IMG/VR virus record: IMGVR_UViG_3300037721_000031 | Location: 1 to 64,000 of that record | Direction: 5' to 3' (one strand) | Length of the DNA: 64,000 bases | Origin: a virus | Taxonomy: Duplodnaviria > Caudoviricetes | Translations under genes and position numbers: made by a program | Part shown: positions 57,636-64,000 of the stretch, one piece after another | Numbering within the stretch: the stretch's first letter is position 1 | Layout: each line of letters opens with the position of its first letter | Notes under the pieces: generated by a model | Told to the model about the DNA's origin: nothing | The model's input: only the letters and a program-made list of their open reading frames with translations | Databases searched by the model: none

Positions 57636-60257
57636 ATGAGCAATAGTTATAAAGTAATGGGTGATTTCTTGCAACGCCATGCATATCAAAATGTATGGTG
57701 TACACCCGATCAAGACAAACAAGCAATATTTAAACCTGCACGAATTACTAGAGACAATGGTACTTGGAGTACTATTACTGTAATGTGGCGTACTTACAGG
57801 CTACCTGACGAGACCTCTAGATTTCATGTATATCAGCTAGGGCAAGTCCACCCAATGCTGTTAGGTCTTGCAGCTGCTATTGGTGAGTGGAAGTCTGTAG
57901 CTCAAACGTGTATAGATGAGAGTCTGATAGTTGATCTATATACAGTAACAGGTGTACAGATTCACCGCACACAAGCTTACTATTTAGTAACAGCTGAAAA
58001 GAATTTAGTATTAGTTGTAAGGATACCCAATAAAACTAAAGTACCAATCGATCTTAATACAGATGATTTATATATTAGACTTTATTCCAATGCATTTTAT
58101 AATACGTTACGTGCTGATGGAGTAGACGACATTGTCCATGTAGAAGGACGTGTAATTACCAGTACACAGGACATTCTTGATGTTCAGCAGAATCTGGCTA
58201 CTTGGAATACTCGCAGTATAGGTCACTGTTATTGCTTTATTAACGGATTTCGTGTAGACGCAATCGACATGATTACTGCTAGAGTTGGTGATCTGGTTGA
58301 GTTTGTTTATGACGGATCTATCAAGCTAGTTGTAAGCTTCCCGGTTTCAGATTTACAACAATTCACAAGTACACTCGACCAAAATAGCAAGTACTTGCTG
58401 CACCATAGTCAACCAAGTACTACGATCGACTACATTGACGATATTGATGTCTTTCTAGTAAAGCCACTACCGAACAGCCGCTACAAAGGCATATACTTCC
58501 ATAAGAACAACCCTGCAGCTTTACGCATGGTTACTCATAAAGACTACTCTGTGCCTGTACAATACCTGGCATCATACGCACAGCAACGACCAGAGTTAGG
58601 TAGTAATGTTGATAATTTGGTAGTAGAGTTGCATATTCGAAAAGCCGGTTACCAACGAGAACTTGTACTAGAACATCAACGTATTGCTCAGCTATATACA
58701 TTACCAGATGACGATGTAACTAGAGCTATGGCTGGTATAGATTCCACAGTAAGTGTATGGACAGCCGCAGCATTAGAAGCAAGCGGGTACACTGCATTAA
58801 TGCGAGCTAGGCTCGGTGATATTAGTACCGAGTTAGTACAGAATGCTTACGGATACAATGCTGCGAGTAAGTTGGTAGGAGATACACCGACTCATGTGGA
58901 AGTAATGGGTAACATTAAATTTATTAATGTACCGATTGCATTACAAAACGAATCTACTGCTTACGAATATGACTCTGATGGATTACTGCTTGGATGGAGT
59001 GTTCATACAGGTAGTTCAGTGTATGTAGCCCAGTATGAAGATACCGCACTTATAGAAATGATGTTCGGCGCAGCTTCTGAAAGTTTACAAACTTTCTGGG
59101 ATCAACAAACATCGTTACTACCAGTAGGCTATAACTATAGATTCTATACCTGCGGTAAATCTGGTCAACTAATTGATAATAATTGGGTAGACCGTACTGA
59201 TTCAGGATATTACGCCATTATTAATGGGGCGGTAGAATGGGCTGTTAATTCTAGTAATACGTACACTGTTGTTCGTGGTAATAAAAATCATTTGACTTAT
59301 GAATTAGAGTACTACGCAGTAGATAGTCTTATAGCATTTACTTTACGCGAATACCACACGGAGTTACAAACATATAGAGTTCTTCCATTCCCACCCGGTA
59401 AGATCGAAATCTTTCTTAACGGTAAAAGCTTGATAGAGACACTCGATTACTTTATAGACTTCCCTAGAGTAGTGGTTACAAATAAAGAATATTTAGATAA
59501 TCCACATATTGAAGCTCAGAAAATAGTAGTGAGAATGACTGGCTTCTGTGATAATCAATTAGATTATGAACAAGTACAAGATGTTGGCTTTGTACGCTAC
59601 GGTGTGTTATCGATGAACAATCGATTTGACGTACGTGGTGATAAAGTTAATCGCATAGTTGTAGATGGTGCGCTGTATCGGTTCGATGAATTTGAGTATG
59701 CTGAAAGTGATTTCGATGTTCATGTTACAGATGCCCGTAATGGATCACCGTACTCAATTACAGATATTGTAGTACCGATGAATAGTCACTTGCATTCTGA
59801 AGATACTCGAGATGACCCGACATACCGGTTAAGAGCTCTATCTAGAGAAGTCGATGTGGAAGTATCTGATTACTTGTCATTGAAGATCCCAGAAAAAGAC
59901 CCTGAGGAACCTAGTGCAATTACTGAAAGATATAGGATCGTTAGTCCGTTTTTTAGTAAGATTATTTATGATCTGATTAGTGGCGCGTTATGGCAGCAAA
60001 GATTCACAGAACACTACGGTGAAGACTACGTAAGAGAGATGTGTCTTCCTTATGAGTACTTGCTAGCTACAGATCCAATTAAAGAAGGTCTTACCCCAAA
60101 TACAGATTTTGTAACTATTCATCCTCATAATCTCAATAACTATGTGGACATGGGTATTTATCAGTATAAATTTCTGAACAGGGTAGTTACTATATACGGA
60201 TTAGGAAAGATTGAAATATCTTCTCATGTCAGAGTTTTAATCTTCGGTGAAGAGTGA
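57636..60257 (+). CDS. Virion structural/baseplate protein (gp27-like)
   Basis: 873 aa; VWCTPDQDKQ, FHVYQLGQ, FLNGKSLIE.LDY motifs. Confidence 0.7.
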   Translation: MSNSYKVMGDFLQRHAYQNVWCTPDQDKQAIFKPARITRDNGTWSTITVMWRTYRLPDETSRFHVYQLGQVHPMLLGLAAAIGEWKSVAQTCIDESLIVDLYTVTGVQIHRTQAYYLVTAEKNLVLVVRIPNKTKVPIDLNTDDLYIRLYSNAFYNTLRADGVDDIVHVEGRVITSTQDILDVQQNLATWNTRSIGHCYCFINGFRVDAIDMITARVGDLVEFVYDGSIKLVVSFPVSDLQQFTSTLDQNSKYLLHHSQPSTTIDYIDDIDVFLVKPLPNSRYKGIYFHKNNPAALRMVTHKDYSVPVQYLASYAQQRPELGSNVDNLVVELHIRKAGYQRELVLEHQRIAQLYTLPDDDVTRAMAGIDSTVSVWTAAALEASGYTALMRARLGDISTELVQNAYGYNAASKLVGDTPTHVEVMGNIKFINVPIALQNESTAYEYDSDGLLLGWSVHTGSSVYVAQYEDTALIEMMFGAASESLQTFWDQQTSLLPVGYNYRFYTCGKSGQLIDNNWVDRTDSGYYAIINGAVEWAVNSSNTYTVVRGNKNHLTYELEYYAVDSLIAFTLREYHTELQTYRVLPFPPGKIEIFLNGKSLIETLDYFIDFPRVVVTNKEYLDNPHIEAQKIVVRMTGFCDNQLDYEQVQDVGFVRYGVLSMNNRFDVRGDKVNRIVVDGALYRFDEFEYAESDFDVHVTDARNGSPYSITDIVVPMNSHLHSEDTRDDPTYRLRALSREVDVEVSDYLSLKIPEKDPEEPSAITERYRIVSPFFSKIIYDLISGALWQQRFTEHYGEDYVREMCLPYEYLLATDPIKEGLTPNTDFVTIHPHNLNNYVDMGIYQYKFLNRVVTIYGLGKIEISSHVRVLIFGEE

Positions 60258-60276
60258 TTCTCTTAACAATTTCTAA

Positions 60277-60300
60277 GAGGGCTCTAGAAATAGAGCCCTC
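60277..60300. terminator. GAAA-loop hairpin between baseplate genes
   Basis: GAGGGCTCTA-GAAA-TAGAGCCCTC. Confidence 0.65.
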
Positions 60301-60321
60301 AATTTTGGAGCTATATTTAAA

Positions 60322-62025
60322 ATGAGTGATCCCATATCGACCAGTGGTATTTATGGGTCGGTCGACGGGCAGACTCCAATTTATAATGCCGCAGGACGTT
60401 TTACAGTTTGGGCATTGACGGAGATCTACCAAGGTACAATCGGTGAAAATCGGTATGTACCAAAGATCGGCGACTTAGTAAAAGACATGGACTTAGGTCT
60501 TGAGTTTAAGGTAACGGCAATTGATCCATCTACATTGATGGTTACGCTTCAACCAATTAATACTATTCAAAGTGGTGACTTTACTGAAGAAGATTTGTTA
60601 CTCGGTGTTGGACCTGGTACTCAGTCTGATACTTATCGTGTTTATCTTGACAGCAGTGTTGTGCCTCATGCTCTTGCCGTAGATGCACGACTGTCTGTTG
60701 CTGGGACGATGGCATCATACTGTCGTATCTTCCGTGGAGCAGATTTAACTAGTGGCGGTGACGTTATTAGTGGCTTCTATGATACTCAAGGAAACCTCAC
60801 AAGTGACGTTGTTCCGTTAGAAGTTGTGTACATGCCAGCTGGTCAGAATACGTCTATCAAGACTGTTCCGGTATGTTACACGATGGATACCCTTCCAGAT
60901 GGTGAAATCGTAACAGCGGTGATGTATTCGGATGCCGGACATGTAATCTCTAAGCGTCAGTTACTTATCGAAAATACTTCATTTATTCGTGCAGCTAGTA
61001 GTCCCGCGCGTTACATTACAGGTATTTCGTTAGAGTGTCCATTCCTGTCTACATCAGATACACGACTGATTAACCTTCCGATTAACGTATTACTTACCGG
61101 CATCAACATGCTGGGTGTCGTACACTACTCAGATGGTGCTGTTGTTAAGATGCCTGTGGACGGTACTAAGTTTGCTATTCTTGGTATGGACGGTTACGTA
61201 GCCACTGTTGTAAATCAACAAGCTTCATTAGTACTTCGCTATCGCTTGTCATCTGATGAAGTAGTATACGGTCACGGTACAGGAGAGTTTCCACATATCT
61301 CTGAAGCGTATCGGATTAAGACAGCTCAAGCTGACGGTGCATACAGTGTTAAGCTTTACTGCTATCCTATTTGGCTGGACTCAGTCAATGGGTACACTCT
61401 GCGTTGGTACATGTATAATGCTGATCGTACTGTAGTTTACAATGTGACAGGACTAGTAGAGATTAGTTCTACAGGACCTGCATTTAATCCTATTCTGTAC
61501 GGCGTTAATCAACGACTTTCTGTAGCTATTAATCTACAAGAGGTAAATGGTTCTTACCGTAACTACAGACATACTCAAACTGTCGAAATCATTCTGTGGA
61601 CTCCTGGATCCGAACATAATGATGTCAACTGGTCTATTGCATTCGATATTGGTCAAAATCCTCCGTTTGGTGTTGATCCGCATTATGCTGCATTAGAATT
61701 CGTTAACTCGAATCTATACCGTTTGAATTTAGCATCAGGAGCCACTACCTTGAATGAGTGGCTTGATAAGATATATTACAGTACTAAGCCATTGATTGAT
61801 CAACAAAGAGAATTAGTAGCGCCAGCTCCTACTCACTTTAGAATTAAGTTTGGTGTTTACGATCTCACATTCAATATTTCTGAATGGAATGTTACTAAGC
61901 AAATTGGTACCGGCTTAGCTAACAACGATACTGTATTTGTTGAATTTATTAAGCGTACTTCACTAACGGACATTCAACTCAGTATTGCAGGATTACCAGT
62001 ATGGCAGCTTTCTTCAGTACCATGA
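60322..62025 (+). CDS. Virion structural/baseplate protein (gp26-like)
   Basis: 567 aa; YVPKIGDLV.D and YSVKLYCYP.W motifs. Confidence 0.7.
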   Translation: MSDPISTSGIYGSVDGQTPIYNAAGRFTVWALTEIYQGTIGENRYVPKIGDLVKDMDLGLEFKVTAIDPSTLMVTLQPINTIQSGDFTEEDLLLGVGPGTQSDTYRVYLDSSVVPHALAVDARLSVAGTMASYCRIFRGADLTSGGDVISGFYDTQGNLTSDVVPLEVVYMPAGQNTSIKTVPVCYTMDTLPDGEIVTAVMYSDAGHVISKRQLLIENTSFIRAASSPARYITGISLECPFLSTSDTRLINLPINVLLTGINMLGVVHYSDGAVVKMPVDGTKFAILGMDGYVATVVNQQASLVLRYRLSSDEVVYGHGTGEFPHISEAYRIKTAQADGAYSVKLYCYPIWLDSVNGYTLRWYMYNADRTVVYNVTGLVEISSTGPAFNPILYGVNQRLSVAINLQEVNGSYRNYRHTQTVEIILWTPGSEHNDVNWSIAFDIGQNPPFGVDPHYAALEFVNSNLYRLNLASGATTLNEWLDKIYYSTKPLIDQQRELVAPAPTHFRIKFGVYDLTFNISEWNVTKQIGTGLANNDTVFVEFIKRTSLTDIQLSIAGLPVWQLSSVP

Positions 62026-62068
62026 TGATTATACTTTAATAAGTATAAGTACATTAGAAAAAAATATA

Positions 62069-62110
62069 GCATAATACACTAGGTCTCACAAGACCTAGTG
62101 TATTTATGTC
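62069..62110. terminator. GCATA...TATGTC element
   Basis: 14-bp stem 62073-86/62091-104. Confidence 0.8.
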
Positions 62111-62306
62111 ACTTAGTAAAAGCGTCTTGAATTGATAATTTTGATTTATATAACCTGTAATACACGTTTAAGATAACTTGGGTTACTAGTCACTAGCTCT
62201 GTAAAAGTTTAAATTTAGTTTTTTTATAATTAATGTCATGAATACCATCAGTATCTTTAATACAATTAATCTAAACGTGGCTAACTTAGCTATACATCTA
62301 AGTACC

Positions 62307-62540
62307 ATGAGTTTGATTGATTTAATTGTAGTTGTACTACCGTGGATATTATCAGTAACAACATTATGGATAACATTCATAACTGGGAATAAGCACCCTA
62401 GAACATGGTTTTTAGGATTAATTAATCAAGCGTTATGGTTAGTGTGGATACTACTTTCCAAGAACTGGGGGCTGATTCCACTTAACGTAGGTCTTTGGAT
62501 TATTTATTACAGAAATCATCGTAAATGGACTAGTGAATAA
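62307..62540 (+). CDS. Small 3-TM membrane protein, half-PnuC-like (probable start ATG 62307)
   Basis: Three hydrophobic segments; W.LGLINQ.LW and terminal Y.N..KW resemble one PnuC triple-helix bundle. Confidence 0.55.
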   Translation: MSLIDLIVVVLPWILSVTTLWITFITGNKHPRTWFLGLINQALWLVWILLSKNWGLIPLNVGLWIIYYRNHRKWTSE

Positions 62541-62556
62541 AAAAAAAATAAAGACA

Positions 62557-62598
62557 GCATAATAGCTAGAGCCCTGATGGGCTCTAGCTATTTATGCC
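62557..62598. terminator. GCATA...TATGCC element (convergent junction)
   Basis: 14-bp stem 62561-74/62579-92; A tract upstream. Confidence 0.8.
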
Positions 62599-62609
62599 AT
62601 TGCTAAAAT

Positions 62610-63242
62610 TTAATGCCAAGTAGTGTTGTACATGTCGTCAATTTCAGCATGATAACCAAGCTCTTTAAGCTGTTGTAAGTTTTCACTATCTTTAGCAATA
62701 ACAGCGTTATCTGACCTAGAAACAATGGAAAGATGACTGCCTCCATCAGTGAGCGGAATTGCTTTAACGCACAGTATTTCGTTCTCAACATTAAGCTCAA
62801 AGACATGTGTGTTATTTAAATATACACAACATTCTGATATAAAATCAAATATGCTGCGTTTAAGTAAAACACTACAGTATTCTTTATCAAGTAAGTAAGT
62901 CTTTAATTCGGATATGATTAAAGGCAGTGGCTTTGGTTGATACTCTGTCTTTCTACTTAAGTCAACAATGCAATTATCTAGCATGATTGATAGTGAAAGA
63001 TGTCCGTGACCTTCATCAGAAAGACTTACTTTTTCACACCAGTGACCGTATTCATTAGATATTACATACTTTAATATCTGTCCGGTATGTTTATCCACTA
63101 AAAGTCCCTGGTAGAACTTTTGCATACGACCTTGTAGCTCACTACAGATGTTATTGTAACTATTACCGATTAGTCTTTTAATAATTTTCTTAAAAGACTC
63201 TACAGAACGATTCTCAATAGAAATGCATGATGTTTGAGTCAT
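62610..63242 (-). CDS. Hypothetical protein
   Basis: 210-aa ORF abutting the upstream gene. Confidence 0.6.
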   Translation of the reverse strand: MTQTSCISIENRSVESFKKIIKRLIGNSYNNICSELQGRMQKFYQGLLVDKHTGQILKYVISNEYGHWCEKVSLSDEGHGHLSLSIMLDNCIVDLSRKTEYQPKPLPLIISELKTYLLDKEYCSVLLKRSIFDFISECCVYLNNTHVFELNVENEILCVKAIPLTDGGSHLSIVSRSDNAVIAKDSENLQQLKELGYHAEIDDMYNTTWH

Positions 63243-63839
63243 TTAAAAACCAGTCATTTTGTTAGAGGATGTAGACTGTTCAATAACCTGATTGGAACGA
63301 TACACTGGTGAGAGAATGGATTGCATCAATAACGGCTTATCGGCAGAAGTAATGCAGAAACAATGATACGCTGGATCTACTACTCTTGCTATTTTAGAGT
63401 ATGAGCCATAATACTCAATAATGTTCTTACAAGCTTTCTGATATGCTTGCGAGACACCGCTGGTTTGTTTATGCCCATTTTTAGAAAGGTATCTGTTTGT
63501 ATAATCCAGTAATTCAAAGTTTGCACACTTTGTTACCTGAACATCAGTCTGTTGAATTTGACCGTCTGATAGCATGAGTGTAATCTCAGCAGCTAATGCT
63601 GACGGGTGTCTATAGCTAAGAATTTCTGAGTAGCTGTCACCCGTAGTCAGAGTCATGGTACCAACCCATTCTTTTTCAAGAATGTCAATAAGTGGCTTTA
63701 CCTTCTTTAGAAGCTTAACTCTTTCTTTAAGGATATACTGGTCTAGCTCAGAATTCAGAATATCATTAAACCATTCAGATCCGTATACATCATTGTACGG
63801 ACCTGAGATTTGTATAGTTACTGAGTGACTATTTTCCAT
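63243..63839 (-). CDS. Hypothetical protein
   Basis: 198-aa ATG ORF. Confidence 0.6.
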   Translation of the reverse strand: MENSHSVTIQISGPYNDVYGSEWFNDILNSELDQYILKERVKLLKKVKPLIDILEKEWVGTMTLTTGDSYSEILSYRHPSALAAEITLMLSDGQIQQTDVQVTKCANFELLDYTNRYLSKNGHKQTSGVSQAYQKACKNIIEYYGSYSKIARVVDPAYHCFCITSADKPLLMQSILSPVYRSNQVIEQSTSSNKMTGF

Positions 63840-63999
63840 GATGTTGAAGTTCTTGACTCCTCATAGCTTGAAGTTGTAAATAATCGACACCGTCATGCAG
63901 ATTAAGTTCTCCGATTACTTGATCTAAAATAATCGTGACACCTTCGATTACAGTATTAGCATATATTTTAGAAGCCCCATGCACAACGCAGCTTTGTCT
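63829..63999 (-). CDS. 3' part of a gene running in from the right edge (partial)
   Basis: Open frame RQSCVVHG...QELQHHGK* with its stop overlapping the next start. Confidence 0.5.
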   Translation of the reverse strand, partial: RQSCVVHGASKIYANTVIEGVTIILDQVIGELNLHDGVDYLQLQAMRSQELQHHGK

Positions 64000-64000
64000 A

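Noticed and set aside
2730-60432. Numerous 60-170-aa ORFs antisense or out-of-frame inside long genes (e.g. 2915, 6513, 14804, 21361, 44572, 54718, 60229)
   Set aside because: Fully nested in well-supported genes, no recognisable motifs; expected by chance
95-62550. Poly-A/T runs as programmed frameshift or phase-variation sites
   Set aside because: The long runs examined are intergenic and adjacent to hairpins, not within reading frames
111-62598. Palindromic elements as CRISPR repeats, integron attC sites or MITEs
   Set aside because: Dispersed rather than tandem; inner stems unrelated; no canonical GTTRRRY/RYYYAAC pair, no target-site duplications, and no cas, integrase or transposase gene in the window
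1-64000. tRNA, rRNA and CRISPR arrays
   Set aside because: No cloverleaf with a T-loop (GTTC) and CCA end, no rRNA-like segment and no regularly spaced direct repeats were found by eye

Overview
AT-rich 64-kb segment of a phiKZ-like, nucleus-forming jumbo phage genome (Chimalliviridae-like). All calls come from motif recognition and synteny; no database search was run. Left to right: HNH, modular endolysin, virion genes, a virion-RNAP beta' subunit, SF2 helicase, the non-virion RNAP/phage-nucleus block (beta'-C, beta-C, gp70-like, PicA/Imp1-like, sigma-like gp68, ChmC-like, SbcD-like nuclease, beta'-N, chimallin), family-B DNA polymerase, a run of small acidic ORFs, PhuZ tubulin, nrdAB, terminase large subunit, tail tube and sheath, baseplate genes and small accessory genes. 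No tRNA, rRNA or CRISPR array was seen. Main unexplained signals: (1) about 20 intergenic palindromes with unrelated inner stems but a conserved base, GCATA(A)-stem-loop-(T)TATGYC, often bracketed by displaced A/T tracts; (2) a candidate structured ncRNA at 36.5-36.7 kb; (3) an 850-bp non-coding region with a G-quadruplex motif, a hairpin, an alternating purine-pyrimidine tract and an AT-rich stretch; (4) four free-standing modular HNH genes, one apparently catalytically decayed; (5) a Hint-like insert in the NrdA active-site loop; (6) a 3-TM half-PnuC-like membrane protein.
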